IMG/VR virus record: IMGVR_UViG_3300038429_000225
Span: 1 to 64,000 of that record
Strand: one strand, 5' to 3'
DNA length: 64,000 bases
Source of the DNA: a virus
Part shown: positions 27,692-37,876 of the stretch, in pieces
Numbering within the stretch: position 1 is the first letter of the stretch
Layout: the number at the start of each line of letters is the position of its first letter
Notes under the pieces: generated by a model
Database searches by the model: none
The model's input: the letters and a program-made list of their open reading frames with translations, nothing else
What the model was told of the DNA's origin: nothing
Program-made: the position numbers and the translations under genes

Positions 27692-29850
27692 TCATTCACC
27701 CATTTAATTATTTGTGCTTTCCTTCCTCTTTTTGTTTCTCCTTCTTTCTGACAAATGGCCACGATGCCCTCTTGTACAAGGTTTGTGATTGCCTTATCAA
27801 AGGCGTTGATTCCATATTTGTCGGCGCGAATCTCACGATGTAGCTTGCTGCGCTGCATAGCGCCCTTCCGTTTGATCGTGATCTTAATCATGTTCTCGAC
27901 GATGGCCCAGTCGTTCTTCCCGGGGGCTGGCTGGTGCGCGTGGCGGGCACCAATCTGATACTCCGCTAACGCGAGTGCGCGCGACATAATGTCTTCATCG
28001 CAAACCACTTCAATAGGCTCGTTCGCCTTGTCAGGATCGGGGACAATGTCTCCAGCCATAAGCCACGCCAAATGTGATGCGTTGCGCTGCACGAGAACTT
28101 GAATTCGGCCGGTAACGTCTGTCGGCATCTCTCTAAACTCTGCGCGCTTTTCTTTGTACCACTTCTCAAGCATATCTGAAGCTTCGGGTAATTTCATCAC
28201 CACGACATTCTGATACTCCAAAGGCTGAATCTTCTTCACGAAGCTATCACGCAATGCCGTGAGGTCTGGATCCATGAAATTGGCGACCGTGTCTTCCGAG
28301 TCGTTGGTAATGACATTCAACCGCTGAAAGAATCCGCTACTTTCGGAATTGGTCTTCACGAATGAAGACGCCCACTTTTCTTTCGTGGTGCAGGACAGAA
28401 TACTATTGTGGACCAGTTGGCCGGCTCGCAGCGGGCTCTCGTCCTTGTGCTCTTTCGTGGTCAATTGCGGCATCGCGCCAGCCTCGTAAAGCTGATTCTG
28501 CGCGTCGAGAAAAGAATCTCCAGAGCCGGTGATACCAAACTTCTCGATCATCGTCGTCGCTTCGTCGTAGAATTGAAGAATACGGGAATGCCTCGAGAAA
28601 CCATTCTTTATCAAACCGGAGGACGAAGCAAAACTTCCCTGAGCACATCCAATGTTCGAGTAACCGCCATTCTGACTCAGTTCGTACAACAGACCCGTTC
28701 CAATAAACAGGTCGCGCGCCCATCGTGCGGCAGAGGTCTTCCCAGTGCCCCCAGGACCGATGAGGACGGTATAGAATCTTGATTCTTGACTGGGGGTCTT
28801 GTACGGAAAAATTCGGTGTCCGCATATTGCTCCTACGACCGTCTTGATAGATTCGATCATGTACTCTTTCGGGACCACGTTATTTTCGCCGCACAACTGT
28901 GCGAAGTCTTCGTACAGTGTCCCGTTCCAGCACCAGTATGGATACTCGAACTCTTCTTCACGAACTTCCTGGCCTTCGGCCTCTGCGGCTGAAACTGTCT
29001 CAATCGCAACCTGTGCTTGTTCGACGTTTGCTTGTGCATACGATGCCACCACTGTCTGGCCGGCAGGAACACCACCAATCAACACGGTGGGACTCAAATC
29101 ATCTTTTGGATACCTTGACACGCTGCGCGCAATGCGCTTCACGTCGTCAACGGTCATGGGCGGCTTGCAACGCTCTTCGTTGATGCGCAGCAGCGCGGCT
29201 TCAATTTCCGCGTAGTCCAATCCCGCATGCCGCAGCTTTCCACCGATCGATGTCAACGTGTTGTCACGACCACCCTCAAGAATCGGCCCTATTTCAGTTG
29301 TTTCAGGATTCGCTGCGGGTGGTTTAGATCGTTGAGCAGACAGCCAACCCGCGAACCCATTGGGAGCGGAGATAATCGGAGAAGAGTCAAAAATTTCGTA
29401 CTTAAGACCGGTATCCGGATGAGTAGATCCGGGCGCCACCACAAATTCGTTAGCCTGACGAAATGATCCGAAAGGAAGACCAGTCGCACCACCTTTCGAA
29501 GACTGAATAATATTTCCACACTCTCTTGTTTCGTCCGTTTGTAAAAAGTAATAGTGCAACCGACCGGGTCGAGATTGCACAGTAAACGTTTTTACCGACG
29601 TGCCGGTTTCCTTTTCATACCGTTCCATGGTGCCAGGAACATCCGACTCAAAGAAACAAACGCCGTCAGGTTTTGCTATACACGCACAGTTTGCCCCGGG
29701 CGTCTCCGAATCCCACGCCAAAATCTTATCAACATCAGTTGTAGCGAGATTCTGAAAATTTTTCTCCAGGGGGATCTTACTCCGGGGGTGGAGTCTTGCT
29801 ACCCGGACACCCCTCATTGCGAGAGGTAAAGCTAAATCCTTAAAGGACAT
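27688..29850 (-). CDS. Bifunctional primase-polymerase with PriCT-1, P-loop helicase-like domain and C-terminal winged helix
   Basis: K.P...AT.D, H.YF, VVAPGS.HP.TG..Y, GGRDNTL..., GPGGTGKT, DE, SGFFQR. Confidence 0.85.
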   Translation of the reverse strand: MSFKDLALPLAMRGVRVARLHPRSKIPLEKNFQNLATTDVDKILAWDSETPGANCACIAKPDGVCFFESDVPGTMERYEKETGTSVKTFTVQSRPGRLHYYFLQTDETRECGNIIQSSKGGATGLPFGSFRQANEFVVAPGSTHPDTGLKYEIFDSSPIISAPNGFAGWLSAQRSKPPAANPETTEIGPILEGGRDNTLTSIGGKLRHAGLDYAEIEAALLRINEERCKPPMTVDDVKRIARSVSRYPKDDLSPTVLIGGVPAGQTVVASYAQANVEQAQVAIETVSAAEAEGQEVREEEFEYPYWCWNGTLYEDFAQLCGENNVVPKEYMIESIKTVVGAICGHRIFPYKTPSQESRFYTVLIGPGGTGKTSAARWARDLFIGTGLLYELSQNGGYSNIGCAQGSFASSSGLIKNGFSRHSRILQFYDEATTMIEKFGITGSGDSFLDAQNQLYEAGAMPQLTTKEHKDESPLRAGQLVHNSILSCTTKEKWASSFVKTNSESSGFFQRLNVITNDSEDTVANFMDPDLTALRDSFVKKIQPLEYQNVVVMKLPEASDMLEKWYKEKRAEFREMPTDVTGRIQVLVQRNASHLAWLMAGDIVPDPDKANEPIEVVCDEDIMSRALALAEYQIGARHAHQPAPGKNDWAIVENMIKITIKRKGAMQRSKLHREIRADKYGINAFDKAITNLVQEGIVAICQKEGETKRGRKAQIIKWVNE

Positions 29851-30265
29851 TTTCTCTCCGAATTCTATCTGCCTCTACGTGGTGCTTTTTGCAGAGCCAA
29901 ATCACCTCTAACGGTTTGTCATAATCTTCGTGATGTGATTCAACTTTTTCTGCCCCACAAACAACACAAGGCGTCTTCACCAACCGCCTATCTCTAACGG
30001 CATTTGCTACAGCCTGTCGTGCTCTCCTCTCTTTACCGAATTGATGATCTTTGAAATACTTCACTCGTAACGCGATGCGGTGAGGTAAACTCGATCGTCT
30101 ACGGTCATATTCCTGAATCTCTTTGAGTTTTTCGCTGCGTCTTTTGTTTGCTTCTTTCTTGCAACACTCAATACACTTCCCAAGCCGACCGTCAGACATA
30201 CCACGGTGCTCGTAGAAATCTTCGATCGGCTTAGGAACATTACACTTAAAACAAGTCTTAATCAA
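29840..30265 (-). CDS. HNH-type endonuclease
   Basis: KTCFKC...FY...DG....C..C and PCVVCG...HHEDYDKPLEVIWLC..HH. Confidence 0.8.
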   Translation of the reverse strand: MIKTCFKCNVPKPIEDFYEHRGMSDGRLGKCIECCKKEANKRRSEKLKEIQEYDRRRSSLPHRIALRVKYFKDHQFGKERRARQAVANAVRDRRLVKTPCVVCGAEKVESHHEDYDKPLEVIWLCKKHHVEADRIRRENVL

Positions 30266-30819
30266 AAGGGTAAATCCTCATCAGCTGTTTCCACGGGCGG
30301 TGCCGCTGGTGCTTGTACCGACGCCGCGGGCTGCGCGGGGGCGGCGGTTGCTGGACGGGCTGCTTGAGTGTTTGGCTGTTGAGTTTTCGAACGATCCTTG
30401 TTCCGAACAAAGTCGGCAGGAATCTGGAAGTTCTGACCAGACTTGGGGGCCAGAATTGCCTTGACATTGACACACGGTGTGCCGTCTTTCTTGGTCGCAG
30501 GCACGATCACCAGTTGAAAATTCTTGCCAATGAGAAGGTCCAATTCGTACGGAATGGACGGGGCTGCACCAAGCATATCCCGAACATCGGCATACAAGTT
30601 TGACTTCTCGTGAAGAACTGCGTTGTAGGATTTCTGCACACGGAAGAAGTTTCCTTCCGAATCCGTCGCGTTGAGAATCCAAATAAGACGCGTCCGAGGC
30701 TTGATTCCATACATCCCTTGGACCATCCCGAGGTCGATCACGTCTGCGAGAACGCCTTCATACAAACCACCCTTCGGTTGCTCGTAGACTTTGTTGCTTC
30801 CTGAGACTAGCATAAGCAT
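30262..30819 (-). CDS. Probable ssDNA-binding protein
   Basis: P..G.Y...L..V.DLG OB-like N-terminus and acidic DEDLPF C-terminus. Confidence 0.7.
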   Translation of the reverse strand: MLMLVSGSNKVYEQPKGGLYEGVLADVIDLGMVQGMYGIKPRTRLIWILNATDSEGNFFRVQKSYNAVLHEKSNLYADVRDMLGAAPSIPYELDLLIGKNFQLVIVPATKKDGTPCVNVKAILAPKSGQNFQIPADFVRNKDRSKTQQPNTQAARPATAAPAQPAASVQAPAAPPVETADEDLPF

Positions 30820-30865
30820 TGCTCCTTTTTCATTTTGTCTTTGCATTCAGGCTTGTGCCCGAAAC

Positions 30866-31570
30866 TCAATGTTGTTCGACGTATGGGATGCGCTTGACAT
30901 CAAAAGGCACAGCCTTCGTCTCGGCTTCCACGTCCTGCTCCTTCAAATTTTTATACCACACCTTCGTATTTGGATCCCACCGATACTTGGCGTCCTTGGC
31001 TTTGTAGTTCGTATCGAATGTCACTATCGCTTGCAGGGCCATCCGCGGAGACAGCGCGCGCTCCATAACCTTGTCCAGCGGGTACTCCTCGATCAAGCAC
31101 AACACTGACAAGGCATCGCACAGCGCCTGGTGTGGAAATGGATTCAGCTTCCCGTGATCGGCCATCATGTACGACAGCCTATTCTGTTGCGCACCCGGGA
31201 GATCAGTTTCAATATCGATCACCGGCTTCTCAATCGGATCAACCTTCTCGCGCAGGCACCAGTTCTTGTAGAACGGAAGATCGAAGTCCCGAATGTTCTT
31301 GCCCGCGATCGTCTCCGCGAGATCAAAAATGTTCTGCAACCGCGCCAAGGCGTCGGACGAAGTAAGCCCGAACTTTTCCACCATGCCGGTACTGATACCG
31401 GTAAGGTCGGTGATGTTCTTGGGAATCTTGATCTCATTGTCGACCAGATACCCCTCGCTCATCAACGGATGCTTACGGGTAGTACTGTACAGAATGGCGC
31501 CCACTTCGGTGACGCGATCCTGGTTGCGGTCCAGCCCGGTTGTCTCCAGGTCAAAAGCGGCTATTAACAT
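30866..31570 (-). CDS. DnaQ-like 3'-5' exonuclease
   Basis: FDLETTGL, N..FD, H.A..D. Confidence 0.88.
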   Translation of the reverse strand: MLIAAFDLETTGLDRNQDRVTEVGAILYSTTRKHPLMSEGYLVDNEIKIPKNITDLTGISTGMVEKFGLTSSDALARLQNIFDLAETIAGKNIRDFDLPFYKNWCLREKVDPIEKPVIDIETDLPGAQQNRLSYMMADHGKLNPFPHQALCDALSVLCLIEEYPLDKVMERALSPRMALQAIVTFDTNYKAKDAKYRWDPNTKVWYKNLKEQDVEAETKAVPFDVKRIPYVEQH

Positions 31571-31572
31571 GA

Positions 31573-32601
31573 TTATGCTCCTAGTGAATCCATCGACTCT
31601 TCGTCGACCGGAACGATCGAACGCTTTTCGTGAGCGGTAACTGTTCTCCGCTTTATGTCTTGGGTCCAGTAAATCCCGCTGAAATACAAAGTCGTCTCGG
31701 TGCCGTCTTTGATTTTTATGCGAAGACTTGCCGCCGGCTTTTCAAGACCGGGAACGACCGCAGGCATTGCACCATTCTTGAATGCGGCGTACTCAACAGC
31801 TCTCAACTGCGCTCCCGGGCCGTCGAAGATAGCAATATAAATGCCACCCGTGTCGGTATCGAGAGCTTCAACACGCCACTGGGGAGGAAAGCCCTCCACA
31901 ACAGCCAACGTGTCTTCCATCGGGATGTACTTAATCTTTTTAATTGCCATCGTCTTCTCCATATCCCATCTCCGCAAGAATACCACCTTCTAGTTTCGGT
32001 GTCAAGTCTTTTTTCTCAGGAACTGGCACCACTTCTTCGGGTGTCTTTTCTTTTGTAGGATATGATCCCCGAAGCGTAACTCGCGGCACCTTGAGATTCT
32101 CTAAAGCGCTGTCAATAAGAGCGTTGGACAAATCAACGCCCCACATCTTCGCGAGCATAAGAATCGCAAAAAGCCGTGCTTTGATTTCCTCTGGACCCCA
32201 CGCTCGCGCGTGACGAACTAGTTCCAGAAGACGATATTCAATCTCGTCTTTGTCTCTGGTAACTCTTCGGCGCGCCACTACAGTTTCCCTGGACGTACTG
32301 CGAAATCCTTGACAGCATATGGAGCAATTCTTGTAGCAACTTCCATCAAATCAGACCAATCTCTGAAAGGAAGTAAAGCCTGCGCAGACTCAAGAAGTGT
32401 CATCCCCCCTAAACAGGCCCATTGAAGAGTCTTGGCAATACGCTCTTCCCTTGGCAGCCGCGAAAAATAGAATGCTGACGTTGCGTCGTCAAGCTGCGTC
32501 TTACGATCGGGTTTCAGATTCGCCGGTACTTCCTTCCCGCAGCAGCGCACATGGCTGCTCGGGAGGTTTTTCTGACTGTCTATCTCGATCACTTTCCCCA
32601 T
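31573..32601 (-). CDS. Three short hypothetical genes (31573..~31950, 31940..32278, 32278..32601)
   Basis: Abutting or overlapping ORFs in the operon direction. Confidence 0.5.
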
Positions 32602-33058
32602 CTATCCACCTCATGACTTTTGCATCTTCCGCAATTTCATCGATCAGGCCCAACTCCAGGGCCCGATTCGCATTGATAAACTTATCGTCAAACATCCCGA
32701 TCGCTTCTATGAACGGAAGCCCAGCGCGCTGCGCAGCCATTTCAACAAGCTGGGTAAACAACCGAAACTCCTGATCAGAAACGCCTTCTTCTGCACGATG
32801 GAACAGCAGCAAGCTGCTGTTGGTCATGGTTCGCCACTTGCCAGCCTGGAGCAGTACAGCCGCAGCCGACTGGGCAAGCCCCACCACATGCGTGTTGATC
32901 TCCTGGTGCTTGATCACATCGAACATCCCGTAGGTCAAACCGGTGTCTCCACCATGCGAAGATATCACAACATCTGTGATAAACCGACCGGCTGCTCCCC
33001 TAAAGAACGAGGTGGCCATTGCGGGACTGATCTCTCCGACCACGTAGAAGTTACTCAT
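32501..33058 (-). CDS. clpP: ClpP-family peptidase
   Basis: ISSHGGD, G.A.SAA..LLQAG..R, LFH, D....A..A.ELGLIDEI. Confidence 0.8.
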   Translation of the reverse strand: MSNFYVVGEISPAMATSFFRGAAGRFITDVVISSHGGDTGLTYGMFDVIKHQEINTHVVGLAQSAAAVLLQAGKWRTMTNSSLLLFHRAEEGVSDQEFRLFTQLVEMAAQRAGLPFIEAIGMFDDKFINANRALELGLIDEIAEDAKVMRWIDGESDRDRQSEKPPEQPCALLREGSTGESETRS

Positions 33059-33681
33059 TGAGCTGGTCCTTTTTCTTCAACGTATGGCCGAATGAGGTCT
33101 TTCCGCTCCAACCATATTCGACGGAAATTGTGCATCGGCCAAAATTCTAGATTATCAAGACTCTTTGGCTTGTTCTCGTCTGCAACTATTGTTAACCCTT
33201 GATACGTGAGGACTTCTCCTAAGACAGCTTGCATCCTCTCCCCAAGCACCTCTTCAGTCGGGTGCTCAACGAGAAACGCTTGCCCTTTCGTTAGATTGGG
33301 TCCGTCGGGCCGCTTGAGAAGTCCTCGAACAATCACCAGGGTCTGCATCGATTACTCCAAAGTTACTTTTGTTTCTTTCGTCTTCATCGCATCGGCGATC
33401 TGCTTCTCAGCGATCGCGCGCTGCAAATCAACAGAGCCCGCTTCCTGAATCTGCTTCGGTTCCGGGACGTTATGATTGCCCGTCGTAGCGCCCTTAACTT
33501 CACACACATCGGAGCAATACGAAAACCGAGCATTGTTTCCCAGAGTGATCGTACGAGTCGTCCGCAGCCACGCTGGCAACTCGCTGATCGCCTTCTGATC
33601 GCGCGGATCGAATGACACCTCGTTGGGGCAATCGGGTCCGTCGCACTTAATTATCCTCGTTACTTTATCGTCAATTCCCAA
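33055..33681 (-). CDS. Two hypothetical genes (33055..33348 and 33352..33681, the latter Cys-rich)
   Basis: ORF track with RBSs. CDGPDC...YCSDVC in the second. Confidence 0.55.
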
Positions 33682-33775
33682 AGTAGTTCTCCTTTTGCTT
33701 TTTGCTTATTTTCTCAACTTGCTTCAAAAAATCTTGTTGAGATAAAACACTTTTCATTCGATTACAAATCGAGTT
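33671..33775 (-). pseudogene. Remnant of an HNH endonuclease C-terminus
   Basis: Reads ICNRMKSVLSQQDFLKQVEKI, matching CNFMKLEMSVEDFVAACRSV of the HNH at 6436. Confidence 0.6.
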
Positions 33776-33777
33776 AC

Positions 33778-34254
33778 CTAAATTTGATCAAATACAGGAC
33801 AGCCACCTCTTAAAACTCCCAGATACTTATGAAAAAATACACCGAGCTCTTCAAAACCTGAATATACGCCGTCACCACCGAACGCAACAAATGGATGCTC
33901 TTTTCGCTTGGCGTCTGCAATAATGAAAATCAACTTCCCCTTCGCGCGCGAGTACCCAATCTCAAACATAGTACCCATCGAGGGATACCCACTTGCCATT
34001 GGCAGAAGATTCGCGACAACAATATCCGACCGATCAATCAGATCTAGATCCGTCCGATATGTCATGTAGGCAGCCGACCCGAACTTGCGAAGCTTTGATA
34101 TATCAAGCGTAACTAGATCGGATGGAATTCTGAATAAGAGCTCATCCTTGTATTCCTCGACGAACTGCTTTCGCCAAATGTAATCCTCAGGACCGCGTAT
34201 GGCGCCGGCAAGATAGACTGTCATCTTTCCGATGTTGGTTTTCAATTTTCCCAC
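33778..34254 (-). CDS. Nucleoside 2-deoxyribosyltransferase-like protein
   Basis: VYLAG.I, D...I..SD, S.GT.FEIGY....GK. Confidence 0.85.
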   Translation of the reverse strand: MGKLKTNIGKMTVYLAGAIRGPEDYIWRKQFVEEYKDELLFRIPSDLVTLDISKLRKFGSAAYMTYRTDLDLIDRSDIVVANLLPMASGYPSMGTMFEIGYSRAKGKLIFIIADAKRKEHPFVAFGGDGVYSGFEELGVFFHKYLGVLRGGCPVFDQI

Positions 34255-34889
34255 TTCCGCACCAGACGCATCTGGTGCTTTAGAATTTCAACTGCATAGG
34301 CCTTGACCAATGACATCTGCCCGGACTTCGCGATGACGCGATAGTCGTAGTTCCAACCATCCAGTTCAATCTCAGACTGGTGGCCGGCGGGTCGACTCTT
34401 GTCTAAATACTGCGTACCATCTTCGTTCAGCCGACGGACGTTGACAGTCGCGCCGCCGAGCTCTGTAATTGCGATCGCCTCGTTGGTGAATCGCATATCC
34501 GGGACAACTATCACGCCAACAGATTCATCGATTGATCGTTTAAACTGCTCGATCCAATAGTTCGGACGCCACCGACGCCGATACTCTGTTCCCCACCACT
34601 GCAAAAGCAACGAATGCTTTCCGAGCGGCATCATCGGATCTGACATGTCTGGATTTGGATCCGCTTTGACATAATCGGGAAACGGCACTCCTGGCTCCGG
34701 ACCGTATGCCAACAGCATCTCAATATCGCCTCCGTGCCGCGTCAAAGCATCATTGACTTCCCTTTTCAACGCGTCCGCGAAACCAACACGCTTACAAGGG
34801 GTGCTGTGATCAACACAAAATTCTTGGATGCCAGTGGCTGCGGTATCTTTCCCGTTCCTCGCTTTATTACCTAGGCCAATTATAATCAT
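34242..34889 (-). CDS. Deoxynucleoside monophosphate kinase
   Basis: IIGL..KARNGKDT, FADALK, LLQWWGTE..R, DMRF.NE, H.SE. Confidence 0.88.
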   Translation of the reverse strand: MIIIGLGNKARNGKDTAATGIQEFCVDHSTPCKRVGFADALKREVNDALTRHGGDIEMLLAYGPEPGVPFPDYVKADPNPDMSDPMMPLGKHSLLLQWWGTEYRRRWRPNYWIEQFKRSIDESVGVIVVPDMRFTNEAIAITELGGATVNVRRLNEDGTQYLDKSRPAGHQSEIELDGWNYDYRVIAKSGQMSLVKAYAVEILKHQMRLVRKWEN

Positions 34890-35666
34890 TTAGACCTTCC
34901 TTGCGGAACCCTCAAACCACGATCCGCAATCCAAACAATGAATACGATCTTTCTTTCGCAGATTCGTAAAACGGCAACCGTCTTGCTTGACGTTGGTCGA
35001 GCCGCAGCGCAGACAGTGTTCGATGCCCCCGAAGTTGACGTTCGGATGCGTTGTGTGCCACGGAAGAAACTTGTAATACAGTTCCTCGAGCAAGAAGATA
35101 TCGCGCCGATTGTAGCGCTTCATCAACGACCAGGACTTCATGTCTCCAGCCATACACGTCAGCCAAAGATGCGCACCTGTGTGGGGCATCTTGCGCCCGA
35201 TGCCGAGATCACGACAAAGATCATCAAGCTTGTTAGACTTAAAGTTAAACTTGTGCCGCGCAATCTTCAAGGTATCAACCGTTTGATAAGGCTTCGGGGG
35301 CCGCAGTCCAAGAGCGACGAACCGCGTGTTAATTGTAGCCAAGTCAAACTTGTCGCCGTTGTGGGCCACGACGATATCCGCCTCATCCAAGTCGTGCCAC
35401 AATTCTACCAGCAAATCGCTGTCATCGGTTTTACTTTCTGCCCACTTAGGATAGTCAGGAAGGCCGCGAGTTTTCGCGCCTTTCTTACCCGCCTTCTTTA
35501 GCGAGTATGACAAGAGGTATCCGTTTTGCAGAAAATCAATAACGTTCTGTTCCCACTTCCCCCAAACATAGCCAAGCGATGGAGCGGTTTCGATATCAAG
35601 AAAGATAATCTTGCTATCGGTGGATCCCCGCTGTGGCTTGTAAATTAACAGTTCATCAATTTTCAT
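34890..35666 (-). CDS. RNase H-like (DEDD) exonuclease with C-terminal zinc ribbon
   Basis: FLDIETAP, HNGDKFD, DTL, SNKLD, YN..D, C..CGS. Confidence 0.85.
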   Translation of the reverse strand: MKIDELLIYKPQRGSTDSKIIFLDIETAPSLGYVWGKWEQNVIDFLQNGYLLSYSLKKAGKKGAKTRGLPDYPKWAESKTDDSDLLVELWHDLDEADIVVAHNGDKFDLATINTRFVALGLRPPKPYQTVDTLKIARHKFNFKSNKLDDLCRDLGIGRKMPHTGAHLWLTCMAGDMKSWSLMKRYNRRDIFLLEELYYKFLPWHTTHPNVNFGGIEHCLRCGSTNVKQDGCRFTNLRKKDRIHCLDCGSWFEGSARKV

Positions 35667-35901
35667 ACTTCTCCTTTTCTCGCAAAGCTTGAATGACAAC
35701 AGGATTTCCATAAAACTTAATGCGATGGTGATTGTGTACTTTCTCCGTCTGGAACTCTGGACCGATCGAACCCATTGCATAATCGAAGGATCCCGAACGC
35801 ATGCTAAAACCCAGTTTACTGAGAAGTTCGCGCCTCGAGTAAACTTCGTCGTTCGGCGCTTCTTTCAGAATTCTCAACAAACGATCAAGAACATTCATCA
35901 A
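35656..35901 (-). CDS. Hypothetical protein
   Basis: Short ORF coupled to the next gene. Confidence 0.5.
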   Translation of the reverse strand: MMNVLDRLLRILKEAPNDEVYSRRELLSKLGFSMRSGSFDYAMGSIGPEFQTEKVHNHHRIKFYGNPVVIQALREKEKYEN

Positions 35902-35913
35902 AACCCCTTTTCT

Positions 35914-36639
35914 TTAAATCGCGTGGCCAGCAAAAACTCCACTAACGAATCCACCAACGAAACCCCACTTGAATCCGTTGAGCCACGACTTTCGCTGCGC
36001 TGCTTTCGCTGCCTTGGCATCTACTTTCCTCGCTGCCGCGGTGTCTGCGATCTGCTTGTTCAGCCCCGCAATCACTTCATCTTTCTTTCCGGAAACTTGA
36101 TTGCATCCAGCCAACTCCGCATCCGTCTGCACGATCGTTTCGGTTAGAGCCGGAATATTTTCTAACTGCTTCACTGTAGCACGGGCCCCGGCGTCTGTCA
36201 AGAGCAATTTGTTATCGGCCGTCGGTGTGATATCCCCCGGCTGAAGATTCGCTAGATAGGCCCAGCGGCTCGCCAGATCGGGCAATGGAAGATTCTGGTC
36301 GATCGCTTGATGAGCGGCGGCAGCGGCTTGAGCCACCTTGATCTTCGCAATTTGCTGCGCCGTGTCAATCGCCACTTGCGCGCGAAGCTGGGCCAGTTGA
36401 CCCACAAGCTGTTGATTCGTAACTGCATCGGTGTTAACCACTTGCTGGGCCGCGGTTGCTTGCCGCGCATCACGGCGGTCCAGATAATCGATGCCTTTCG
36501 AGTAGAAATGAAACCCCGCGAACAGGCACGCCGCAACAATCAAAATCTTCTCGTGCGCCTTAATAAAGGCTGCGTACGTGTGCACCCAATGGGGTAGCAA
36601 GGTCACTGGAGGGACTACTGGATTAGATGAAGTACTCAT
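35914..36639 (-). CDS. Membrane-anchored coiled-coil protein (spanin-like candidate)
   Basis: N-terminal TM segment, A/Q-rich coils and a hydrophobic G-rich C-terminus. Confidence 0.45.
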   Translation of the reverse strand: MSTSSNPVVPPVTLLPHWVHTYAAFIKAHEKILIVAACLFAGFHFYSKGIDYLDRRDARQATAAQQVVNTDAVTNQQLVGQLAQLRAQVAIDTAQQIAKIKVAQAAAAAHQAIDQNLPLPDLASRWAYLANLQPGDITPTADNKLLLTDAGARATVKQLENIPALTETIVQTDAELAGCNQVSGKKDEVIAGLNKQIADTAAARKVDAKAAKAAQRKSWLNGFKWGFVGGFVSGVFAGHAI

Positions 36640-37031
36640 TTGGTGTCTCCATAAGACTGACGGGTTACGGCATGCTGTTTCTGTTCTTCTAACTTCTCTT
36701 TCCTCAACATCTTACGGTGCTTCTTGGTCCCGATCCGTCCCGGATAGCCGTAGTGAGGCGCGCCTAGAGCAGCCTCGGCCGGCGGATTCTTGAGGTACAT
36801 GAATGCCGCGAGAATCAACACCACGCTGTCCCCAAAGCGGCCCAGGGCGCGGTTACAACGCGCACACAGGAGCCCGCGGACCAGGCCGTCCGTGTGATCA
36901 TGATCCGTGTTGGCTTTCTTCAATGGATGCCCGCAGATCGCGCAGAGCCCTTTCTGATAGTCCCAAATCTTCTGCCACTTCTCGATCGTCAGCTTAAAGT
37001 TGTCCATCAAATACTTGGCGCGTGCCTTCAT
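36636..37031 (-). CDS. Endonuclease VII-type nuclease
   Basis: QKGLCAICG...DHDH..GLVRGLLC..CNRALG. Confidence 0.88.
   Translation of the reverse strand: MKARAKYLMDNFKLTIEKWQKIWDYQKGLCAICGHPLKKANTDHDHTDGLVRGLLCARCNRALGRFGDSVVLILAAFMYLKNPPAEAALGAPHYGYPGRIGTKKHRKMLRKEKLEEQKQHAVTRQSYGDTK
36647..36674 (-). promoter_or_regulatory. Conserved 28-bp motif, copy 3
   Basis: CATGCCGTAAC-CCGTCAG-TCTTATGGAG, 7 nt before the ATG at 36639. Confidence 0.6.
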
Positions 37032-37876
37032 CGCAGATACAGCGCCGTCGCCGCCTCGTGTTCTTGAAACGCGTCTATGTCTTGAATGCCAGCCACCTCT
37101 CGAAGCTTGTTCTGCTTCATAACGACCGCACGCAACGCATTCACCTTCTGCTCCAGGGTTCCTTGGGGCAGGATGCCGCCGGTGCGGTGGTAACTGTACC
37201 AGCCCATGTGATAGGCACGTGGAACGAAAGGCCAGAGCGATGAGAGCCCGTATCGTCTCATCATGTTCTGAATGAGAATGTCTTGCTCAACCCCTGGCCC
37301 GAACGTCTGATCCTGAATGCGCTCTGAGTGGAGAAGCAGATCCAAAGATGTTCTGGGGAAACACGTGGCCCAGGACATGTATGCACCTTTCACCCGCGTA
37401 CACGCATTGACATCCTTGATTGTCTCGTCCATCGCGTATCGACCGTTTGATTCAAAATTGAGACTACGGTTCAGTCGGCCGGCACAGGAAACCCACGGCC
37501 TGAACTTCTCATAAACCTGTTCGTTCCAGGTGAAAAAATCTTTTGTGATAAGAACGTCATCTTCGATGATATACACTAACCGGTTCTCGCAGAAAGTCGC
37601 CTCTTCAAGAGCGGACAACAGATTGTAGCTATTGCCGTAAGTCGTATGGGGAACAGGCGCAGTGTAGTGAAACTGAAAGCCGAATTCTTTCTCAAAGTAT
37701 TGAATCGTTGCCAGCATCTCCATCTCGACCGTGAATCCCTTCGGCTTATCAGAATGAATATCCTCACAAACCATCACGATCTTGTCTTCTATTCCCTCGG
37801 CTGCCAGAAGACTTTCTAGACAGAGCCACAGAAACTCCGGACGATCAAATGTGGGAACGATCACGATGTCATGCAT
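37028..37876 (-). CDS. GT-A glycosyltransferase (GnT-I/GT13-like)
   Basis: P.FDRPE.L..CLESL, IEDDV.I..DFF, EQD, P.V.RAYH.G. Confidence 0.75.
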   Translation of the reverse strand: MHDIVIVPTFDRPEFLWLCLESLLAAEGIEDKIVMVCEDIHSDKPKGFTVEMEMLATIQYFEKEFGFQFHYTAPVPHTTYGNSYNLLSALEEATFCENRLVYIIEDDVLITKDFFTWNEQVYEKFRPWVSCAGRLNRSLNFESNGRYAMDETIKDVNACTRVKGAYMSWATCFPRTSLDLLLHSERIQDQTFGPGVEQDILIQNMMRRYGLSSLWPFVPRAYHMGWYSYHRTGGILPQGTLEQKVNALRAVVMKQNKLREVAGIQDIDAFQEHEAATALYLR

